Source: Hadesarchaea archaeon
GTDB taxonomy: Archaea > Hadarchaeota > Hadarchaeia > Hadarchaeales > Hadarchaeaceae
Direction of reading: 5' to 3'
Length of the DNA stretch: 64,000 nucleotides
Assembly (NCBI GenBank): GCA_030619825.1
Contig: JAUXAS010000001.1
Location: 10,141 to 74,140 of the forward strand
The position numbers and the translations under genes are program-made. This document shows positions 31,408 to 39,523 of the stretch, one piece after another. The notes under the pieces were generated by a model, which had not been told where the DNA came from, did not search any database, and saw only the letters and a program-made list of their open reading frames with translations. Within the stretch, counting starts at the first letter, position 1, and the number at the start of each line of letters is the position of its first letter.

Positions 31408-31845
31408 ATGACAATTCGAGAGGCTTTCGGCATCGTGGCATTGGTCGTGGTGCTCCAACTCTGTTTAGGCCTGCTCCTCTACGGGCCGCTCAAGCCTGCA
31501 CCGGGCCTTGAACTCTCGGCGATCGTGGTTGCGATCGGGATGATGGCAGCGGTCGCCGGTGGGATCGCGGCGGTTCTCGTTTTCCTCTTCAAACGCTACG
31601 CTTCCGAGCGGACCTTACGGGTGGCGTTGATGACCCTCACCGATGATGAGCGTCGCGTCTTCGAGTCGATCCTGCGGTCGGGCGGCGAGGCCCGTCAGGA
31701 CAAGCTCAGGCGGGAGCTCGACATGTCAAAGTCCAAGTTGAGTGCCCTCGTAAACAACCTCGAGCGGAAGCACACGATAACGAAAGCGCGTTATTTTAAG
31801 ACAAATATTTTGAGGGTGAACGAGGAGTTCGGGGGCGGTGGGTGA
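31408..31845 (+). CDS. Membrane-anchored winged-helix protein
   Basis: Two TM segments then LTDDERRV...QDKLRRELDMSKSKLSALVNNLERK. Confidence 0.8.
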   Translation: MTIREAFGIVALVVVLQLCLGLLLYGPLKPAPGLELSAIVVAIGMMAAVAGGIAAVLVFLFKRYASERTLRVALMTLTDDERRVFESILRSGGEARQDKLRRELDMSKSKLSALVNNLERKHTITKARYFKTNILRVNEEFGGGG

Positions 31846-31949
31846 AGCTGGAGCCTCTTCTCCTTAGTAGGGTGACTAAAAGTTCGTTTGTTTATGTTAC
31901 ATACATTGTCCCATTGCGCAAGCCTTGAATAGGTCGGTCGCCTAGGTAG

Positions 31950-32582
31950 ATGGGGGTAGAGTTGAGGGAAATGCTTGAACGAATGCGCAAGCACTTCGAT
32001 GCCCAAGGGGAGCTCCGGGAGCGGGTACTCGACGCCTCGCGAGAGGTCATCAGGGCTTCCGCCCGGGCTATAGCCGCGGCCCATCGAGGTGACCGATCGA
32101 GCGCCGACGAACTCCTAACGAATGCTCGCGATGCACTTACAACTCTCACGAAGGCCGTGAAAGCTGAGCCCCACTTGGCTGATTCCGGCATCATCCTCAT
32201 GGCTTACCAGGAATACGGTGAAGCCTTGGTAGTTCAGGCACTAATCCGGGATGGAAAACTATTGACGCCCGAGGAGCTTAGCATCCCCTACAAACCCTAC
32301 CTCGCGGCCCTCGCCGATGCCGCGGGTGAGCTCAGGCGGCACACGCTTGACTTGATAAGGGCAGACGAGGTTGATCGAGCGGAGCAAGCGCTCAAGTTCA
32401 TGGAGGAAATCTTCGAGCTGCTTATGGAGTTCGACTACCCTGACGCTATTTTACCCGGGATGAAGCGGAGGCAGGATATGGTCCGGCGGGTGCTGGAGAA
32501 AACCCGCGGTGACCTGACGATCGCGCTCAGGCAACAAAGGCTTGAACGGGCGCTTAAACGCGTCAAGTGGGAGAAAAAGTAG
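31950..32582 (+). CDS. Translin/TRAX-family protein
   Basis: QEYGEA and YLAALADAAGELRR. Confidence 0.85.
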   Translation: MGVELREMLERMRKHFDAQGELRERVLDASREVIRASARAIAAAHRGDRSSADELLTNARDALTTLTKAVKAEPHLADSGIILMAYQEYGEALVVQALIRDGKLLTPEELSIPYKPYLAALADAAGELRRHTLDLIRADEVDRAEQALKFMEEIFELLMEFDYPDAILPGMKRRQDMVRRVLEKTRGDLTIALRQQRLERALKRVKWEKK

Positions 32583-32724
32583 GTTAATTATTATTTTCGG
32601 CGGCGCCATATCACCAAAATAGCTTAAACGCTGTTCTTTAGAATAAAATTCGGAGAAAAGACAAAGTTCTTTTACTCAAAAAGAAAGAACGAAAGATTGC
32701 AAGAGATATATAGTTGGGGAAAAG

Positions 32725-34308
32725 ATGAAGTTCGATATAAGAAAAATTAAAGAGAAAGCGAAGAAGGACTACGAAAAAGCTTGGTTAGAAACAGCACGGC
32801 TCCTGAAAACAAGAGGCAAGTTTTTCACCTTAATTAAAAAGTCGAGTCAACATCCTCTGCCAGAACTCGCAACTAAAGTGAGGGAAGTTCTTTTAAGCAT
32901 GGGTTTTACTGAAGCTTATCTCCCAACGATAGTCGATGTTAATGAAGTACGGCGCCAATATGGTCCTGAAGCGCTAGTGATCCTAGACAGAGTATTCTTC
33001 CTAGCAAGTCTTGACCGGCCCGATATTGGAATAAGCAAAAATAAACTCGGGAAAATAAATGATATAATCGCCGGGTTCACAAAAGTAGAAAAATTGAAGG
33101 AAATTTTTAGAAAATACAAAAAGGCAGAAATCAGCTCCGATGATTTGATTGAGGTAATGGTCAAGGAGCTTGATGTAGGGGAGGTGCAAGCCACTAAACT
33201 CATCTCAGAAGTTTTTCCTGAGTTTAAGGCGTTGAAGCCACTCCCAACTAACTTGACTTTGAGATCTCACACCACTTCTCTTTGGTTTCCGGTCCTTTCT
33301 GAAATGATCAAACGTGAGTCCCTACCATTACAACTCTTCTCGATTGGTCAAAAGTTTAGAAGGGAGCAGCGACTTGACCCGACGCATCTCTATGAGTCAT
33401 GGACAGCCTCGGTGGTCATCGTTGCTGAAAAGATAAGCCTTGAAGATGGGGAGCGAATAACTCGAGAAATATTGAGCAAGCTGGGATTCGCAGAGGTGAA
33501 GTTCTCGATGAAAGCCGCAACCTCGAAGTACTACGCACCGCGAACGGAATTCGAGGTGTTTGTCAAGCACCCTCGCACGGGAGAGTACCTTGAAGTCGGC
33601 AATGCTGGTTTTTACAGCCCAGTGGCGCTGAGCAATTATGATATCGCTTTCCCCGTCTTCAACCTCGGTATAGGGCTCGAGCGCGTGTTGATGATTGAGA
33701 CCGGTGAGGCGGACATGCGCGTGCTTGTCTACCCTTACCTTTACAAGCCAGCCGAGTTTTCGGACGCGCAATTGGCTAAAATGATCAAGCTCGAGCGCGC
33801 GCCCGAGAGCGAGGTAGGGCGAGAGATCGCTACAGCAATCGCACGCGTGGCCGAGCGGCACGCCAACGAGCCAAGCCCGTGCGAGTTTCCAGCTTTTGAA
33901 GGTAAATTGTTGGATAGGCAAGTGATAGTTAAGGTGATCGAACCAGAGCGTGGCACGAAGCTCATCGGGCCGGCAGGATTCAACGAAGTCTATGTTTATG
34001 GAGGAAACATCGTCGGGGTTCCTCCAAAGGGATGGGAGCAAGATGAGTTTTTGAATGAAGTTCGGACCAAGGGTACTTCGACCGGCATCCGATACATTGA
34101 TGCTTTTGCAGCACTCGTGGCGAGCGAGATCGAGCAAGCTGGTCGCGGAGGCAAACGCCAAGTCAAGGTCCGTGTGAGAAACGTGAAGCTTCCGAGTGAC
34201 CTTAATTTAGCGATTGAGGAGGCAGCGCAGCGCTACGTCACCTCGAACAAGAAGCGCATTGACGTTCGCGGGCCAGTTTTCACAACGGTGGTCGCTGAAT
34301 TCAGCTAG
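32725..34308 (+). CDS. sepS: O-phosphoseryl-tRNA(Cys) synthetase
   Basis: MKFD...AW, ILDRVFFLA, TLRSHTTS, FRREQ, NLGIGLER, SPCEF, IDVRGPVF. Confidence 0.93.
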   Translation: MKFDIRKIKEKAKKDYEKAWLETARLLKTRGKFFTLIKKSSQHPLPELATKVREVLLSMGFTEAYLPTIVDVNEVRRQYGPEALVILDRVFFLASLDRPDIGISKNKLGKINDIIAGFTKVEKLKEIFRKYKKAEISSDDLIEVMVKELDVGEVQATKLISEVFPEFKALKPLPTNLTLRSHTTSLWFPVLSEMIKRESLPLQLFSIGQKFRREQRLDPTHLYESWTASVVIVAEKISLEDGERITREILSKLGFAEVKFSMKAATSKYYAPRTEFEVFVKHPRTGEYLEVGNAGFYSPVALSNYDIAFPVFNLGIGLERVLMIETGEADMRVLVYPYLYKPAEFSDAQLAKMIKLERAPESEVGREIATAIARVAERHANEPSPCEFPAFEGKLLDRQVIVKVIEPERGTKLIGPAGFNEVYVYGGNIVGVPPKGWEQDEFLNEVRTKGTSTGIRYIDAFAALVASEIEQAGRGGKRQVKVRVRNVKLPSDLNLAIEEAAQRYVTSNKKRIDVRGPVFTTVVAEFS

Positions 34309-35179
34309 TTTTGAAAAGATCCCTGAGTTTTTTCATCCCCTTCCGGCCAGTTTCCAGTGGGTGCTTGGGGTTCCAGAGTTCAGCTATCAGCAACCCACCG
34401 TAGTTTATCGCTCGCAGGGCCTCAACTACGGGTTTGAAATCGATATCGCCATCACCCGGTAGCAGGTGATCATCGTCTTTGCCGTGGTTGTCGTGCACAT
34501 GCACATGAACCAGATGCTCGCGCAGGCCCTCGATGGCTTCAGCGATCGCTAGCCCGGTAGCCTTCCTTCCGGACCTTCGTTCGGCCAGATGGGCGTGTCC
34601 GATGTCGAACGCCACTTTGGCTCCTTCAAGCTCGAGCACGAGTCGCTTGAGTTCTTCGACGGTCGATGGGTAGGTGGCGAGCTGCCCACCCGCATTCTCG
34701 AGAGCTAGGGTCACGCCTCGTTCTCTCGCGTAGGGTAGGCATTGCTCGAGAAACCTGCGATATCGTCGTTTCGCCCCCTCCAAGAAATCCTTGGCCTCTG
34801 GGACGGGGCACCTCCCGAAATGGAGCACGACGATCTCCCCTCCGAGCGCGCGGCAGGCATCAATGCTCCGCCCGACCTGCTTGAGCGTCAGCTTCTGGAG
34901 CTCGCGGTGATGACTGGCTGGATTCAAATCCCAGAAGCTCCCGTGCACCGAAACCCGGAGCCCATGAGCATCGAGGAGTTCCTTTATACCAGAGAGCTTG
35001 CGCTGGTCGTAGTCGGGCGGGAAGTGCGGGGCATCGTAGATTATTTCAACACATTCCGCGCCAAGCTTCGCTGAAAACTTGACAATGTCATCGATGGAGG
35101 CATTTGGAAACAGCAGGGAGGAGAGTCCTAGTTTCATCGCGTTGGGTTTGGATAGTTTTATCTTATCAAACTCCTGCAA
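34301..35179 (-). CDS. Sugar-phosphate isomerase/epimerase (AP endonuclease 2-type TIM barrel)
   Basis: LEN, FDIGHA, HVHDNHG..DDHL..GDG.IDF. Confidence 0.85.
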   Translation of the reverse strand: MQEFDKIKLSKPNAMKLGLSSLLFPNASIDDIVKFSAKLGAECVEIIYDAPHFPPDYDQRKLSGIKELLDAHGLRVSVHGSFWDLNPASHHRELQKLTLKQVGRSIDACRALGGEIVVLHFGRCPVPEAKDFLEGAKRRYRRFLEQCLPYARERGVTLALENAGGQLATYPSTVEELKRLVLELEGAKVAFDIGHAHLAERRSGRKATGLAIAEAIEGLREHLVHVHVHDNHGKDDDHLLPGDGDIDFKPVVEALRAINYGGLLIAELWNPKHPLETGRKGMKKLRDLFKTS

Positions 35180-36003
35180 AATTCTAAATTGTTTTTAAGG
35201 TCTTCCTCGGATGCGTAAACCCCTTTTCTTGTATGGAAAGTTTCTAGGACAACATATCTGCAACTTGTCTTTTTAATTGCCCTAACGATGCTTTCAAAAT
35301 TCAAGTTCCCTTTTCCAATAACAAAGTGATCTATTGGTTTCAAGTTGTCTCCAAGTAAGCAATCGTGGAGGTGAACGGTCAAAACACGATCTTTAAAAAG
35401 GTCGAGCCAATCATCTATCTCCAGTTTTTCGCCTGACCCCCCTTTTGCATGTTGAATTTCCCATTTAGATACAACAGCGTGACCAACGTCGAAGCAAAAA
35501 TTTAGGGCACTGATATTATCTAGAAGAAGCTTGATATCTCTTGGACGCCCGAAGAGGCGGCTAGGATTATTTTCAATCGTAACCGGAAAACTTCCCCCAA
35601 AATTTACTATCGTGCGGGTCGTTTCTAACGCTTTATTAAAAATTTTCTTTCTGATTTCTTCGAAGCTAGAAGTTGTAATGTGTCCGATTTGGTGAAAGTT
35701 GAAATACAGAGGATTAAACCCTTCCGCAAATTTCAAGCATTTTTCGTAAATCTTCAGGCAAGCATCGGAAATCTCATCTCTTGGATGGAAGATAACTTTC
35801 CCAGACCAAGGTCCGTGGAATGATATTTCTAATCCATACTCTTCCTTTAGTTTTTCCAACAATCCTGTCTCCTCACTTGTCAGTTGATCCGGCCAAGGGT
35901 AGTCCAAGGAAAGTTCGACAAAGTCAAATCCCAGCCTACGTGCTTTTTCAAATGTAGGTCGTAGGGGCCTATCCCCATACCAGACACTTGTCGCAAATTT
36001 CAT
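35158..36003 (-). CDS. Second TIM-barrel isomerase/epimerase paralog
   Basis: IENN, FDVGHA, HLHD, DH..IGKG. Confidence 0.8.
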   Translation of the reverse strand: MKFATSVWYGDRPLRPTFEKARRLGFDFVELSLDYPWPDQLTSEETGLLEKLKEEYGLEISFHGPWSGKVIFHPRDEISDACLKIYEKCLKFAEGFNPLYFNFHQIGHITTSSFEEIRKKIFNKALETTRTIVNFGGSFPVTIENNPSRLFGRPRDIKLLLDNISALNFCFDVGHAVVSKWEIQHAKGGSGEKLEIDDWLDLFKDRVLTVHLHDCLLGDNLKPIDHFVIGKGNLNFESIVRAIKKTSCRYVVLETFHTRKGVYASEEDLKNNLEFCRSLIR

Positions 36004-36054
36004 GGTTCAAAATCTGGGATTGGTCCTTAAAAATTCGCCTAGTGGGAGGCAATG

Positions 36055-36717
36055 TCAGTGAGATTTCATCGCCCGCGTGGCGAGTTCGTGGGCGGCTCGC
36101 AAAGGTTCCGGCAGACGAAATCCTCGTGTCGTTTCAAGCGCAATCCGAATGGCCGTTTTGAGCGAAAGTCCGTGGCCGATGCTCACGTATACCGGCCTGT
36201 TGGAGGGCTGCGTTCGAAGCACGGCTCCTATGATTTCCCCGTTATCTTTGAGTAGCGAGCACGCGCCGCGTTCCCGCTTCGGCTCTTCAGCCCTCCCGCA
36301 CAATCTGTTCTTAGCTACCCCTAACGTCGGCTTGTTCAGCGTCACCCCAAGGTGGCATGCCAGACCGGCTCGGCGGGGGTGCGCTAACCCTTGAGCACCT
36401 ACCATGTAAACATCCGCATCCATACCTTTGACTGCCTTCAGCATCCCCTCGAGCTCTCGAAAGGCCAGAAAGGTCGGGATGTATGGGAACCTCATCCTGA
36501 CTCCGACGGCTTTTCGTTCGAGTACCTCAAGACTTTTGTAATCGAGCACCGCGCAGGCGGCGTAGGCCAGCCCGCCTCGCGCGAAGGAGATGTCACACCC
36601 GGCGATGCGCTTGAGCTTCTTGAAACGATTCTTGCGCACTACCCGCTTGGCTACCCGTGCTTGGAGCCGAGCCAACTCGTCGAGGTCCAACTTCGGGGGG
36701 CGTAGGATGGGAAGCAT
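36055..36717 (-). CDS. nfi: Endonuclease V
   Basis: AGCDISF, FPYIPTFLAFRE, HPRRAGLA, GVAK, PEPLRAAH. Confidence 0.92.
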   Translation of the reverse strand: MLPILRPPKLDLDELARLQARVAKRVVRKNRFKKLKRIAGCDISFARGGLAYAACAVLDYKSLEVLERKAVGVRMRFPYIPTFLAFRELEGMLKAVKGMDADVYMVGAQGLAHPRRAGLACHLGVTLNKPTLGVAKNRLCGRAEEPKRERGACSLLKDNGEIIGAVLRTQPSNRPVYVSIGHGLSLKTAIRIALETTRGFRLPEPLRAAHELATRAMKSH

Positions 36718-36787
36718 TTTGGGCACCTTCACTGGCAATTTTGCGGAGAAGTTATTAATTTTGAGCACATAACGGATTTTGGTAAAT

Positions 36788-36961
36788 ATGCGGGCGAAAG
36801 GGCCAAAGTGCAAGCTTTGCGGCAAGACCGTCCAGCTGATGAGCTACGACGCCGCATATGTCAAAATAGTGAAGCCCGGTGAGGTGAAGGCGAGCTTCGT
36901 CTGCTGGAAGTGCGCGGAGAAACTGCTGGGCGACAAGCTTGGAGAGATCACGAGCGCGTAG
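36788..36961 (+). CDS. Small zinc-finger protein
   Basis: 57 aa with CKLC and CWKC. Confidence 0.6.
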   Translation: MRAKGPKCKLCGKTVQLMSYDAAYVKIVKPGEVKASFVCWKCAEKLLGDKLGEITSA

Positions 36962-36979
36962 GGCAAGCTGGGTGAGCTA

Positions 36980-38059
36980 TTGTCGAAAGCGACACCTGAG
37001 GACCACGCGCTCATGACGCTTGCCATCAAACGCCGCGGCAAGTTCGTGGACGTACCACACGTCCAGGAGAAGCTAAACCGCGATGCGGGTGAAAAGTTTT
37101 CGGATGAGGAAACACAAGAACTCCTAGGTGCGCTCGAGAAAAAAGGTTGGGTCGAGAGTAAAGCCGGTGAGTACGCGATTACCGATTCCGGGCGCAAGCA
37201 TTTTGACAAGCGGTGGCGGGATGTCAGGGGGCAGCTGAACCAGGATTACCTCAAGGTCTACCGCGCAAAGCAGTACTATCCCCACGTGGTCGATGCCCTG
37301 CTCGAGTTCTGCCGCGACCGCTGGGTGTCGGTCTTTCGCCTCTTCACCGAGCGCGCGTGGCTCCAGCGAAAGTTAGGCCCCCGCTACATCACGATAAAAA
37401 GTGCGAAGGACGTGCAGCGGTGGCTAGACGTGCACGGCATCGATTTCATCCCTTACATCCACCGCGTGGACGCAGATCGCCCTGACTGGCTCGTGATCGA
37501 CTTCGACGCGGGCAAAAAAGTTGAGCTCGATCGGACGAAGGGGGTGGTCGAAGGGGCATGTAAGGTGCTCGCGGGATACGGAATCGAACCGGCGATCAAG
37601 TTCAGTGGCTCGCGAGGCTTCCAGTTCTGGGCGCAGTTCGAGCGCCATGAGTTGCCGAAGGGGTACAGGCCGAAGCAGCTTCGGACCGAACGAAGGGAGC
37701 GAAATGCTTTTAATTTTTATGCGGACATCGTGCGATTCATCGAGTCACGCGTAGCGGAACGCTTGCCGGGGCTGACGACGGCCGAGACGGCCAAGAAGGA
37801 AGCGCGAACCGACAAAGTCTTGTTCGATGCATCCATCATCAAGCCCATGGGTGACGTGCGGGCACCCTACAGCATGCATTACAAAACGGGGCTAATTTCA
37901 ATGCCGTTGGGGTTGAAGGAGCTCAAGCGTTTCAAGCTCGAGCAGGCAGACCCGGAGCTCGTGGTGAAGCGATATCAGGAGCGGGGGAAAGAGTTCGCAC
38001 TCAGGCCAGCCAATGGCAAAGAACTCTTTGAGGCCGTTGTCGAGTGGTGTAGGAGCTGA
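36980..38059 (+). CDS. Winged-helix plus LigD-Pol-like primase/polymerase (AEP)
   Basis: PDWLVIDFD, KFSGSRGFQ, VLFD, RAPYS; N-terminal ...KKGWVE...YAITDSG. Confidence 0.8.
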   Translation: MSKATPEDHALMTLAIKRRGKFVDVPHVQEKLNRDAGEKFSDEETQELLGALEKKGWVESKAGEYAITDSGRKHFDKRWRDVRGQLNQDYLKVYRAKQYYPHVVDALLEFCRDRWVSVFRLFTERAWLQRKLGPRYITIKSAKDVQRWLDVHGIDFIPYIHRVDADRPDWLVIDFDAGKKVELDRTKGVVEGACKVLAGYGIEPAIKFSGSRGFQFWAQFERHELPKGYRPKQLRTERRERNAFNFYADIVRFIESRVAERLPGLTTAETAKKEARTDKVLFDASIIKPMGDVRAPYSMHYKTGLISMPLGLKELKRFKLEQADPELVVKRYQERGKEFALRPANGKELFEAVVEWCRS

Positions 38060-38105
38060 TTTTTCCTCCTTATAAATGACCTCCACGCAAAGCCTTGGCG
38101 GGGAA

Positions 38106-38429
38106 ATGGGACTGATTCACTACCAGACCCTTGAAACCGTCGGCCCCGAGGAGCTTCGAGCGCTGCGGGCGATCAAGGAGGAGTTCAACGCGCGGCGGGC
38201 ATTCAGTGAGCGCATCAGACTCTGGCGGAAGTCGGACATCCTAGAGGGCATGGAGCCCTGCGGCGCGCGCTGGGGCTTCACCCGGGTGCGGGATGACGAG
38301 GACAAACTTCGAATAGTTTTGACGGTTAGGCGCATGTCGCAGGCGACACCACACCTGACTTGGTTGCTCTGCGATGAGGGCGACGGCAACAGGGAAGTCG
38401 TGCTTAAAGGCGGCAAGCCCGTGGCCTAG
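38106..38429 (+). CDS. Hypothetical protein
   Basis: ORF with purine-rich upstream sequence; no motif recognised. Confidence 0.55.
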   Translation: MGLIHYQTLETVGPEELRALRAIKEEFNARRAFSERIRLWRKSDILEGMEPCGARWGFTRVRDDEDKLRIVLTVRRMSQATPHLTWLLCDEGDGNREVVLKGGKPVA

Positions 38430-38454
38430 TGTCTCAAATAGGACAGGTGATGTC

Positions 38455-38721
38455 ACGGCATACTTGCTGGTCTACGACTTAGATGGTCGAAGCAAGGCAA
38501 GGCGAAGGATGAATCGCTACCTGAAGCGTAATGCGCGGCTAGTGCAACATTCGGTGTGGAGGTTTCAAGATCTGGCTGCGTTGCGAGCTGCTGCCGAGCG
38601 CGTGCTCACGGCGGAGGGCAAGGTACTGGCATTCGTTGAGTCGGATCGGATTCTTCTGACATCGAGGGAGGTTAGACGGCTTTTACCCGGTGTCTCAAAT
38701 AGGACGGAGCGTCCTAAATAG
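38455..38721 (+). CDS. Orphan Cas2/VapD-like protein
   Basis: YLLVYDL and VQHSVW motifs; start uncertain (ACG 38455 or TTG 38464). Confidence 0.65.
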   Translation, partial: TAYLLVYDLDGRSKARRRMNRYLKRNARLVQHSVWRFQDLAALRAAAERVLTAEGKVLAFVESDRILLTSREVRRLLPGVSNRTERPK

Positions 38722-38823
38722 GACATGTGCTGCAGTTCGCTTCATGCTGAGTTAAGTGAAATGCTCACACGGGGCGCAAAATTATAAAAAATGAAAAATA
38801 CATGAAATCCAAGGAGATAAAAA

Positions 38824-39321
38824 ATGCAAGCAGATAATATCTATAAAGAGAAAATATTCTCAAAAGGTATAACAGGTATATTGTCCGCTGTTACAGCTAG
38901 CTTTCTTTTTGTATTGGTCTATCAGATTTTGGTAGAACCAATTGGCGTTCGTCCTGCACCAAACTGGTTTTTCCTACTTGTGTTTCTACTGTTTCTAGGA
39001 GTTACGATTAATTTTAGTAGACTGGTTATCAGAATGACGCCCCGATCTATCGCTGTTGGTTATGGAATTTTTAAACACACAATCATCTGGGAGGATATCG
39101 AGGGCTGTTATTCAGATGAGGCTTCAACCATTAGATATGGAGGTTGGGGCATACGCTTAGGAAGAGTTAAGGGAAAATGGAGATTGGTGTACAATGTTAT
39201 GGGAAGTCCTCGAGTTGTGCTATCATTGAGGGAAGGTAGATTCAGAGAGTTTGTGTTTTCAACTAAAAGTCCTGAACAAGTAGTAAAAGTAGTTAAGCAA
39301 CAGATAGGTGGAATAAAATGA
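38824..39321 (+). CDS. AT-rich membrane protein
   Basis: Two TM helices, YGGWGIR motif, AAGGAG RBS. Confidence 0.8.
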   Translation: MQADNIYKEKIFSKGITGILSAVTASFLFVLVYQILVEPIGVRPAPNWFFLLVFLLFLGVTINFSRLVIRMTPRSIAVGYGIFKHTIIWEDIEGCYSDEASTIRYGGWGIRLGRVKGKWRLVYNVMGSPRVVLSLREGRFREFVFSTKSPEQVVKVVKQQIGGIK

Positions 39322-39523
39322 ACACCCCTTTGTTCGCACTATCACCTAACACAGCATACACGGCTCACTTCGTTCGCCAAAATTCTTGCCCCACCTAAAT
39401 GGGATGGCCGGTGAAGAACTGCCGATGGTGGTGTCCTAAATAGGACACATGATACCAGCCACTTTTTTATTGCTTGGGCGATGAAATTTTAAGGCACGTG
39501 TTCGAGAGAGCTTGGGAGATAGG

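Larger units (their letters stand above)
38429..39448. repeat. Four copies of a palindromic motif GTCTCAAATAGGAC / GTCCTAAATAGGAC
   Basis: 38429-38444 and 38690-38705 identical (GTGTCTCAAATAGGAC); 38711-38725 and 39433-39447 identical (GTCCTAAATAGGACA). Confidence 0.85.

Noticed and set aside
38429-39448. CRISPR array next to the Cas2-like gene
   Set aside because: Repeats are only 15-16 bp with gaps of about 245, 5 and 707 bp; no regular spacers.
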